Below the pieces are notes generated by a model. The model saw only the letters and a program-made list of their open reading frames with translations, searched no databases and had not been told where the DNA came from. Shown piece after piece: positions 41,210 to 49,753 of a stretch of DNA of 64,000 nucleotides. Origin of the DNA: Promethearchaeota archaeon (GTDB lineage: Archaea; Asgardarchaeota; Lokiarchaeia; Sigyniarchaeales; SOKP01); assembly GCA_016840165.1 (NCBI GenBank), contig JAEOSU010000037.1:20100-84099 (forward strand), given 5' to 3'. Each line of letters opens with the position of its first letter. Within the stretch, counting starts at the first letter, position 1. The position numbers and the translations under genes are program-made.

Positions 41210-42921
41210 TTCTCACTCCCCTGGCGGATAAATCTTCTCTTTCTGAATGGTGAATTAAAAAGACTTAATTCATTAGTTACATTATCAATGTCTTTTATCC
41301 TTTCGATTTCCTCATAAATTTTATCACGTGCAGAATCCCATGAATAACAAGCTCCATTAATAATCTTCGTTTTGAGTTCTCCTTTAGCAAACTTATTATT
41401 TTTCAAATGGGGGGCATCAAAGATTCCATACTTAACAATCCTATTTAATATGTTTGGATTAATATAAGGATCTTCAGCTTCTTCTAAATTATTAGCTAAG
41501 TTAGGAATTAAGCTTATTATATCTTGTGCTTGTGTAATTAGTTGCTCTTTTCTTGCTATAATACTGCTGTTTATAAAATTTAGGTTGCTAGAGAGGGATT
41601 TAGTAATAATTTGACTTACAATTTTGCAGCTTTCTATGATGTCATTAGGCTTAGCAACATGATCTGCCTCAGAGTAACTCACTATATGAACGATATCCGG
41701 TTTTAATGCTAATTGTACCATAGTAGCTGCTGCGAGTTGTCCTTTTGCTTTATCTAAATCTAATGGAAAACTAGCTAATCCAGTTCTGACTTGTTTAATC
41801 ACTGAGAAATCTTTATCAACTAGAGTATTAAGTAATTCGTTTTTCGCTATCATCTTAGCTAAATCCATATCGAGTGTGAGATTTGGTGGAGTATTAAACA
41901 TATATTGTGCAATAAAATGCTTGACACCTAATTTCTTAGCAATGATCCCACATAGGTACATATCTGCTACTGCTATTGCATCTGAAGTATCTCGCAAACT
42001 CCATTGGTGTGAATCATTTATCTCAACAGGAATATTGTTTGTAGCGTGCCATTTAATCGCTCTTAAATGTTGTCTAATCGATTCTTTTAATGACAAAGGA
42101 CCTCTTCCATCCATTTGATTAAACCAGAAGATAGGGATTGCTGCCCATGCATTTTTTATAGTTTCAAGAAATAAGCGTCCCAGTTTAATGAAATCTCGCG
42201 TACCCGCATAAATTCGAAGCAAGGGATAATTACCTCGCTTTCTTGCATTATCTATGTTTTTAAAATCCTCTTTTGATCGTAGTGGAACTCCTCCGGCACC
42301 GTCTAGATCTTGTTGTTGATCTTCGGGATGAAAATAATGTGATTGAGTATTCTGATCAGGTGCGATTGAGATTATATCTAAAATTTTAGCTTCAGCAATT
42401 TTTTTTATCCCTTTAATTGTCTCAGATAAATCTGATAGTCCAAAATGAGCTCTTAAGATGGGATAAGGCTTTTTCCATTTAATTCTTGAAATTAAATCCA
42501 TTGGGGGTTGAAATTTTTTTTCAGAAGATTCATCAGTATTTCTTAAAATTGAAATAATCTCATATCTAGTTTCACCACCAACAAAATAATAATCAAATTC
42601 CCCAATACTTTTTGCGGCTTTAACGACTTCAGGAGTTCCAGCAAAAAGTAATTTATTCGGCTTTTTATCTAAAGTATTATAACTTTGAAAAAATCGCTCT
42701 AGTAAAGGTATAACTGTTTTAGGGGTTAATCTATAACTAAGTCCAACTATCTCTGGGTTAGTATTATTGATTTTATCGATAAGATCTGGGATAGGGGTCG
42801 CGGGTCCCATAAAATAAGTTTGAAACCCAAGTTGCCGTGCGATCTGCATAAAGTTGTAACTACCAGCAACATGGACACATTGTCCAATACATGCTATTAA
42901 AATAACTTTTTTCTTTCGCAT
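41206..42921 (-). CDS. Cobalamin-binding protein with glutamate-mutase-E-like catalytic domain (single-chain AdoCbl mutase candidate)
   Basis: N-terminal CVHVAG...GLSY...FAG B12-binding pattern; C-terminal motif order parallels GlmE. Confidence 0.7.
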   Translation of the reverse strand: MRKKKVILIACIGQCVHVAGSYNFMQIARQLGFQTYFMGPATPIPDLIDKINNTNPEIVGLSYRLTPKTVIPLLERFFQSYNTLDKKPNKLLFAGTPEVVKAAKSIGEFDYYFVGGETRYEIISILRNTDESSEKKFQPPMDLISRIKWKKPYPILRAHFGLSDLSETIKGIKKIAEAKILDIISIAPDQNTQSHYFHPEDQQQDLDGAGGVPLRSKEDFKNIDNARKRGNYPLLRIYAGTRDFIKLGRLFLETIKNAWAAIPIFWFNQMDGRGPLSLKESIRQHLRAIKWHATNNIPVEINDSHQWSLRDTSDAIAVADMYLCGIIAKKLGVKHFIAQYMFNTPPNLTLDMDLAKMIAKNELLNTLVDKDFSVIKQVRTGLASFPLDLDKAKGQLAAATMVQLALKPDIVHIVSYSEADHVAKPNDIIESCKIVSQIITKSLSSNLNFINSSIIARKEQLITQAQDIISLIPNLANNLEEAEDPYINPNILNRIVKYGIFDAPHLKNNKFAKGELKTKIINGACYSWDSARDKIYEEIERIKDIDNVTNELSLFNSPFRKRRFIRQGSEK

Positions 42922-43246
42922 TTTAAATCACCCTCATATTTTTTGCATAATTGACTTATTGCTCTTTGATGCTCATGAAGTGAAATCGAAAATATGATTA
43001 TATGCAGATTATAGCGCTGATATTGAGCCTATAGCTACAATTATACTATCAACTTTTTAGATTATAACCTATTTACTTATTTGAATGCGTCTGTTATACT
43101 CTTATATTGATAACTTATTGATATAAAGATATTTACTTCAGAACTTTCTTTATGTATTTATATCACCTTAGCAATATAAATTTTAGGGTGATTTAAATAG
43201 ATTAGGCTTTAAACTTTAATTCTACTAAACTTTATATAAATTTCTT
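42922..43246 (-). promoter_or_regulatory. BRE/TATA plus about 285-nt leader containing anti-SD and decoy elements
   Basis: AAGAAA-TTTATATAAA on the minus strand at 43246-43231; perfect 13-bp inverted repeat 42922-42934/43185-43197; 14/16-bp inverted repeat 43155-43170/43184-43199. Confidence 0.5.
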
Positions 43247-43466
43247 ATTCCTTAAGCACTTTTAATTTGGTTATTTAATATCTTTAAATTTTTTATAAAT
43301 TTATTTTTACTCCCCATCTTCTAATTTTTCTAATTCTTTAGATATCTGAATATGTAGCTGCTTCCTTTCAATAAAATCGTTGACTATTGGGCTCCTATAA
43401 ACCTTAATTTTTATATTGAGGGAGTTAGATACCTTCCTCTTAATTTTTATTATATATTAGTGAGAA

Positions 43467-43922
43467 TTAAAAAATCAATTTTCTTTTTGCGTGAGTGGTT
43501 TCGAAATAGCTTTTATACTTTCTTATCTCATCATGAATTTCTTCTAATTGCTCATTTTCTAACAATTTATTAAAAAAGTTTTTCACTGATAAATATAATT
43601 TAGGAACAAAAGTATCAACCTGAGACATATGGTAAGCTATCTCCATTATTGAGGAATAATCAATTTTAATATCAATCTGCCTTTTGCGAATGTCTTCTAT
43701 TATTTTCTCTTTAAGCCTTTTCCTGCTAATGTTGCTCCAAATCAATTCATAAACAAAATAATTAATTGCTTGCACCGATTCAGTGAGAATTGCTGTTCCT
43801 GTGGCAATTTCAATACTCCCAGTTATGAAGTAGGCGGTTAAAGTGCCTAGAACTAAGGTAATTCCTCTATAAATTAGACTCTTGATTAAACTTTCCTTCC
43901 ATTCTATATTTGGAGTTTCCAT
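43467..43922 (-). CDS. DUF2061-like membrane protein with soluble C-terminal extension
   Basis: SLIKSLIYR...AYFITGS...A...YFVYELIWS. Confidence 0.7.
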   Translation of the reverse strand: METPNIEWKESLIKSLIYRGITLVLGTLTAYFITGSIEIATGTAILTESVQAINYFVYELIWSNISRKRLKEKIIEDIRKRQIDIKIDYSSIMEIAYHMSQVDTFVPKLYLSVKNFFNKLLENEQLEEIHDEIRKYKSYFETTHAKRKLIF

Positions 43923-44095
43923 AATTGATAATAATATAACATCATTCTTATTTGAATTTGAGTAGAATATTCTTATTCTTTATAAAGACCGCTTATTTTT
44001 AAAAAACTGCTCAAAAATTTTATTACCTTACCATGATTAAATTAAAAATATATATATTCAGTTAAGAAGTTAAGAACGAAGGAGATGAAGAAGGA

Positions 44096-45451
44096 ACGAG
44101 TATCTATGCTGATGATGTTATTAGCTTTACTTCCCTTTTAAAAATGGCAAATAACTTCTTAACAGGTAGAGAATATTTACGAAGAAAAAAACTTCGAGAA
44201 AAAAAGAAGCTCATTTCAGTTGCTTTAGGTTTTCCTGATTTAATTTTTGCTGCTGGAGGTATACCTGTTTTTCCAATTAGATTAGAATCATTTACTGTTA
44301 ACCGATATTTAACTGCCCTAAATTCAGCGACAAGTGTTTTAGGATGGAGTTTAACCGCCAAATTTCTAGATTTTGCTCGACAATTTGATATATTAAAATT
44401 AGTGGATAAAATACTCGAGGAAGTAATTTCCTCAATCAATCAGAAATACAATCAAATGTACGACTTAGGGGTTCAAAATGGAGTTCCCTCTGATTTATGT
44501 TATGGAATCTATGCGCTTTATGGCATGCATAAGGAACGGAAGCAAATAGATGCCAATTTAAATTTTGCGATGAGGTGTGGAGAATGGAATAAAATCTCCG
44601 AATCGCTGAGATCGATTGTACCAAATCAAATTTGGGTAGATATACCTGCTTTAAATGCAGAAGATGAGAAAGAACGGTTATCGTTAATGGTGTCGAATGT
44701 CAATAAGGCTATTGATGAATTAGAATTGTTAACTGGGAACGTAATATCTGATAATAGCCTTAACAAGCAATTTCGGATAGGTAACCAGGTGAAACGTTTT
44801 TATAACACAATCTTATATGAAATTAGTGCGTCAAATTTTTATCCATGTAATCCTGCAACTTTTGCAGAAATCCTAGCTCTATTAACAATAACCTTTCAAG
44901 ATTATAATTCCAATGCTCAGCGGTTTTTAGAGAATATGAGCCATCTTGTAAAAGAGATGCGAGAACGTATAAAAAAAGGGATTGGAATGGATGTAACAAA
45001 TATGCCAAAATTACTTTTCTCTCCAATGTATAGCGGTTGGGAACCAGAAATCCATGAAATTATCTATAAATTGGGGGGACGTGTATTATATGCCGATTGG
45101 GAGATCTTAGGCTTACTTGAAGAAATTCCTGTATCAAAAAATTCAGATCCTATAGAAAGTTATTCCCGATATTTATTAGATGCATCTACTAAAGGTATAG
45201 GATGCGATAACGAAAACTTAACAAGTTCGTATCTCAAGGCTGCCAAAAACATGGAGGTTGATGGTCTTATTTTCAATCAGGTATATGGATGTCCTTCAAT
45301 GTCAAACATATATGAGAATCTTAAGAGAAAAGTTGAATCTGAATTAAAATTGCCTTCAATAGTAATAAAGTTCAAAAAGATAGGAGAAAATATTGAAGAA
45401 ATTGAAAATCGCTTGAAACCATTTATGGAGGAACTTCGAAGTATCGATTAA
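44096..45451 (+). CDS. 2-hydroxyacyl-CoA dehydratase-family subunit, paralog of 35237..36589; probable ACG start
   Basis: Shares NFLTGR.YL, PVFPIR, CYG, ISAS.FYPCNPATF.EI, LGGR.LYADW, GIGCDN with the paralog; alignment extends 16 codons above ATG 44144 to ACG 44096. Confidence 0.82.
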   Translation, partial: TSIYADDVISFTSLLKMANNFLTGREYLRRKKLREKKKLISVALGFPDLIFAAGGIPVFPIRLESFTVNRYLTALNSATSVLGWSLTAKFLDFARQFDILKLVDKILEEVISSINQKYNQMYDLGVQNGVPSDLCYGIYALYGMHKERKQIDANLNFAMRCGEWNKISESLRSIVPNQIWVDIPALNAEDEKERLSLMVSNVNKAIDELELLTGNVISDNSLNKQFRIGNQVKRFYNTILYEISASNFYPCNPATFAEILALLTITFQDYNSNAQRFLENMSHLVKEMRERIKKGIGMDVTNMPKLLFSPMYSGWEPEIHEIIYKLGGRVLYADWEILGLLEEIPVSKNSDPIESYSRYLLDASTKGIGCDNENLTSSYLKAAKNMEVDGLIFNQVYGCPSMSNIYENLKRKVESELKLPSIVIKFKKIGENIEEIENRLKPFMEELRSID

Positions 45452-45466
45452 TTTTTTTTGAAATAT

Positions 45467-46036
45467 CTACTTTTTAAATAAATCTGAAGGTTTCATGAGG
45501 TGAGGTTCATCCTCATCATCTTTCTTCTTTTTCTTTGGCACAAATCCGTATATTTCAGTTTCTTCGCCAGCTTTATTGGGATCAGGGGGCTTTAAATTCA
45601 TTGCTGCTGTGATTTGTTCTGGCTGTTGTCCTACAGAGATTTTTTCAGGTATAACTGAGGCTTGAGATATGCCTCCAGTTCCGGTAGCTGCTTTAAGTAC
45701 CTTTAATTCACTTAAAACCTTTTCCAAATTCATACTCTGCACACTTTTATTCATTGTATCCATTATCTCTTGAAGTGACTTTGAGGTCTCCCTTAATCCC
45801 TTAGGATTAATACCCGTTAATAACGAATCTAAGTTGTTATTTATATTCTCATTTAGCTCTTTCAGTGATTCTAAAACAGTAGACCAATGTTTGTTCATTT
45901 GAGATTCAATAGCACTAATCATCCGGATAGTTTCATTCATGAAATTCACATGAGCTTCGTAACGTTCTTCATCTTTTGCTCTTAAATCAGATATAAGCAT
46001 AATTAGTTTTCTAAGGGCTTCCTTTTCTTCACTCAT
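45467..46036 (-). CDS. Hypothetical helical/coiled-coil protein with low-complexity tail
   Basis: Helical N-terminal two thirds; tail YGFVPKKKKKDDEDEPHLMKPSDLFKK. Confidence 0.65.
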   Translation of the reverse strand: MSEEKEALRKLIMLISDLRAKDEERYEAHVNFMNETIRMISAIESQMNKHWSTVLESLKELNENINNNLDSLLTGINPKGLRETSKSLQEIMDTMNKSVQSMNLEKVLSELKVLKAATGTGGISQASVIPEKISVGQQPEQITAAMNLKPPDPNKAGEETEIYGFVPKKKKKDDEDEPHLMKPSDLFKK

Positions 46037-46220
46037 TTTTAATTTAATCCTTAGTTATTTCTTTATATTATTATGATTATTTACTAATTTATATATATTG
46101 ATTTTAACTTTAGGATGAAATTAAGCTTTTTTATAGATAATAACAATTTCTTGGTTGGAGAGAATTTATTTTATAAAGAAGGACGGATATTAAATATTAT
46201 TCAAGATGTGAAATGGTTTT

Positions 46221-47714
46221 ATGAAAATGAATTGTAATATTACAAATAACCATCCTCTTATTTTTGAAATTAATACTTTTCCATGGTTAAAGACTCTTTC
46301 AGATATATTCGGGCACCCTATTGATTTAAATAATATCCCCATCGAGTTAATTGACCAAGAATTAACAGTTTTTGATGCAATTTGGTGTATGGGTGTTTGG
46401 GAAAGAAGTCCAAAAGGAAGAAATATCGCACAAAATCGTGAGGACTTACAAAAAGAATTTCAAAAGGCATTAAGATATTATAATACAGATGATGTAATCG
46501 GTTCTCCTTATTCTGTTTACTATTATCATGTAGATGCTCAAATTGGAGGGACTGAAGGGTTAGAATCCTTCCGGAAAGACATAGCGGAAAGAGATATTTC
46601 GTTAATCTTAGATTATGTTCCTAATCATGTCGCAATAGACCATCTTTGGACATTAGAAAAGTCAAACGTGTTTGTGAAAGGTACAATCGAGGATCTTATG
46701 CAAAAACCCTATGAATATTTTTCTGTAGGTCAGGACGTATATGCCAATGGACGTGACCCTAACTTCCCTGCTTGGACAGATACAGTACAGATTAATGCAT
46801 TCTCCCCAGAAGCTCGTGAGAAAGCAATATATACTCTATTAAATATTGCCAATCAGTGTGATGGAGTAAGATGTGATATGGCTATGCTTATGACGAATAA
46901 GGTATTCAAACAAACTTGGGGTGAGAAAGTTGGTGATGAACCAGAGACGGAATTTTGGGAAGACGTCATTCCAGCAATTAAAAAAAAGTTTCCAGATTTT
47001 AAGTTTATAGCTGAAGTGTACTGGAATATGGAATGGGAATTAATGCAACAAGGTTTTGATTACTGTTATGATAAAAGACTATATGAAAGATTAGCAAATG
47101 AGAAGGCTGAGAGAGTAGTAGAGCATCTTCAAGCAGATTGGGATTATCAAAAAAAACTGCTTCGTTTTATAGAAAATCATGATGAACCAAGAGCAGTTTC
47201 TGTATTTGGTGAAGAGGCATCAAAAGCTGCAGCTATAATAGCTTTGACGTTACCCGGGGCAAAATTAATTTATGAGGGGCAAATGCGAGGATATGAAATT
47301 AAATTGCCTGTTCAATTAGGAAGAAATCCAACTGAGGAAGATAACTTAGATATCATGGAATTCTATGAAAAATTGGTAAAAGCTGTACCAGGAAAGAGAT
47401 ATAGTGATGGTCAATGGTCATTATGCGAATTGTTCTCAGTTGGTGGAGATGACCATTCTAATAAAAATATAGTGGCATTTCAATGGTGTAAAGAGAACGA
47501 GCGGAGAGTCATCGTAGTAAATTATAGTTTGAGACCTTCTAAAGCAAATATTCAAATTCAAGGAATAGAATATGGGAATTCAAAATGGCAATTTACAGAT
47601 CTATTATCAGAGAAGATATATTCTCATTTTGGCGAAAATCTCAACAAGAACGGTTTATATGTTGAATTAGATCCTTGGAAAGGCTATATCTTTGATATAA
47701 AGAAAATGTATTAA
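46221..47714 (+). CDS. GH13 alpha-amylase-family glycoside hydrolase
   Basis: GVWERS, GSPYS, DYVPNH, WTDTVQ, GVRCDMAM, IAEVYW, FIENHDEPR. Confidence 0.92.
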   Translation: MKMNCNITNNHPLIFEINTFPWLKTLSDIFGHPIDLNNIPIELIDQELTVFDAIWCMGVWERSPKGRNIAQNREDLQKEFQKALRYYNTDDVIGSPYSVYYYHVDAQIGGTEGLESFRKDIAERDISLILDYVPNHVAIDHLWTLEKSNVFVKGTIEDLMQKPYEYFSVGQDVYANGRDPNFPAWTDTVQINAFSPEAREKAIYTLLNIANQCDGVRCDMAMLMTNKVFKQTWGEKVGDEPETEFWEDVIPAIKKKFPDFKFIAEVYWNMEWELMQQGFDYCYDKRLYERLANEKAERVVEHLQADWDYQKKLLRFIENHDEPRAVSVFGEEASKAAAIIALTLPGAKLIYEGQMRGYEIKLPVQLGRNPTEEDNLDIMEFYEKLVKAVPGKRYSDGQWSLCELFSVGGDDHSNKNIVAFQWCKENERRVIVVNYSLRPSKANIQIQGIEYGNSKWQFTDLLSEKIYSHFGENLNKNGLYVELDPWKGYIFDIKKMY

Positions 47715-47717
47715 GAC

Positions 47718-49574
47718 TTAATGAACGGTAACTGTTTTGGCGAGATTGAGTGGTTGATCAGGGTCTAAATTATGTTTCAATGCGGCATAATATGAGAGCA
47801 GTTGTAGTGCGGGAATAAATGTAATTGGGCTTATTATATTATAATATTTATTAGCGGGTTGAGGAATTCTAATTGTTCTATCACTTAACTCAGTAATCAC
47901 TTTATCTGAATCAACTACTACAGAAATGATGTTACCGCCTCTTGCCTTAAACTCCATAACATTTCCCACCAATCTCTGATAGGTTTCATCAGGAGGGGCA
48001 ATAAAGATAATGGGGAATCCTTCTCGAACTAAAGATATGGGTCCATGTTTAGCATGGGCCGCAGAGTATCCTTCAATAAACCTACAAGCTACTTCTTTTA
48101 ATTTAAGACCGCCTTCTTTAGCAGTAGCAATAGAAATACCTCGTGCAAGGTAAAAAAAATTTGAGCTTTTATCAAGGTTATTTACTATATCTTTAATGTT
48201 TGAAACATTATTTTTTAAATAATTATCAATAATATCTGCTGTGGATTTTAAAGCATCATAATACTTGTCAATCTCTTGTTTAGTTATAACTTTCCTATAC
48301 CTAGCAATTTCTAACGCAATTAAGGCAAGAGTGAGAACTTGAGTACAATATGTTTTAGTAGCTGCAACTCCTATTTCAGGACCTGCCTGTGTAATGATCG
48401 ATTCATCTGAGTATCTTGTTAATGAAGACCCAACTACATTTGTAATACACAATACTGTTATTTTTTTCTTTAATTTCTCTTTAGCCCATCTTATTGCCTC
48501 AATAAGATCAATAGTTTCTCCAGATTGAGAAACTGCAATAATAACAGAATCTTCTTGGAGCGCATCATCTAATTCTGTTTGGAATTCAGAACATTCAATT
48601 GCATGGATATATTTTCCTAAAAATTTAGTTATTATATGTTTTCCTGCTAATGAAGCATAAAACGAGGTTCCAGCTGCGGTTATATAGATATTTTTTGCAG
48701 ACCAAAGAATTTTTGCAAATGCCTGCAGATTAGTTCGTGGAATTTTCATAGTTCTTCTTAAAGCTACAGGTTCTTCGTAAATTTCTTTAAGCATAAAATG
48801 TTCATATCCTCCCTTCTCAGCAGCATCAATACTCCATTCGATGTTAATAATCTCTTTTTTTATGGGCATATCTGGATCTAAAACATTAAGAAAATTTACA
48901 GAACCTGCTTTTAAGATAGCCATCTCATTATCTTCAAGAATATAACATTGTCGAGTGTAGGGAAGAAATGCGGGAATATCAGATGCACAATATGTAGTTT
49001 TACCTTTTTCAATCCCAATAACTAAAGGTGATTCTTTTCTTACCGCAATAATAATATCAGGATAATCGGCATGACATATGACAACTCCGTATGCGCCAAT
49101 ACACTGATTGACTGCATTCACAACTGCTTGTATCAAATCATCTCCTTTTTTCATATAGCTTTCAATTAGGTGGGGAATAATTTCAGTATCCGTATCCGAT
49201 ATAAATTTATGTCCTTCTCTTTCCAACATTTCTTTTAACTCTAAAAAGTTTTCCAAGATACCATTATGAATTACTGCGATTTTCTTACTACAGTCTAAAT
49301 GAGGATGACTATTTACTTTAGTGGGTGGACCATGAGTAGCCCATCTTGTATGGGCTAATGCAAGCTTGGATTCAGAAGGAAATTCAGAAAGTTTAAGCCG
49401 TTCATTGATTTCATCAATTTTTCCCGCATCTTTTTTGATAAATAATTGTGAATCATGTAAGGCTACAATACCACATGAATCATATCCTCTATACTCTAAA
49501 CGTTTAATTCCTTCAAGAGCAAATTTTCCGATAGAGATATCTTGATTAGTAATAATTCCAAATATTCCACACAT
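47718..49574 (-). CDS. glmS: Glutamine--fructose-6-phosphate aminotransferase
   Basis: MCGIFG, LEYRGYDS.G, HTRWATHG, HNGI.EN, SQSGET, GVAATK, LKLKE, KHGP, NLAKTVTV. Confidence 0.96.
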   Translation of the reverse strand: MCGIFGIITNQDISIGKFALEGIKRLEYRGYDSCGIVALHDSQLFIKKDAGKIDEINERLKLSEFPSESKLALAHTRWATHGPPTKVNSHPHLDCSKKIAVIHNGILENFLELKEMLEREGHKFISDTDTEIIPHLIESYMKKGDDLIQAVVNAVNQCIGAYGVVICHADYPDIIIAVRKESPLVIGIEKGKTTYCASDIPAFLPYTRQCYILEDNEMAILKAGSVNFLNVLDPDMPIKKEIINIEWSIDAAEKGGYEHFMLKEIYEEPVALRRTMKIPRTNLQAFAKILWSAKNIYITAAGTSFYASLAGKHIITKFLGKYIHAIECSEFQTELDDALQEDSVIIAVSQSGETIDLIEAIRWAKEKLKKKITVLCITNVVGSSLTRYSDESIITQAGPEIGVAATKTYCTQVLTLALIALEIARYRKVITKQEIDKYYDALKSTADIIDNYLKNNVSNIKDIVNNLDKSSNFFYLARGISIATAKEGGLKLKEVACRFIEGYSAAHAKHGPISLVREGFPIIFIAPPDETYQRLVGNVMEFKARGGNIISVVVDSDKVITELSDRTIRIPQPANKYYNIISPITFIPALQLLSYYAALKHNLDPDQPLNLAKTVTVH

Positions 49575-49753
49575 TAGGATACATCTTGTTTCAAATAACT
49601 ACAAAGAATCTTTTTTCTATCAATTTTTAATAATGCGAATAACTTAAAAAATAATGGTACTTATTTGAAGATCATCTCAGATTTATTCTAAACTGAAATT
49701 TGAGATTCATTTCTTTCTAATATTCACAAATTCTATTAAATTATCTAATAAAA

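Noticed and set aside
42940-43110. Lysine- or cobalamin-riboswitch resemblance (AGCGCTAT, AGTA on the minus strand)
   Set aside because: Core consensus elements of these aptamers are not recognisable; only the anti-SD pairing is kept as a finding
43403-43450. 12-bp direct repeat CTTAATTTTTAT flanking a small GAGGGAG/CTTCCTC hairpin
   Set aside because: Only two AT-rich copies; not a CRISPR array or IS end; at most a terminator for the DUF2061-like gene
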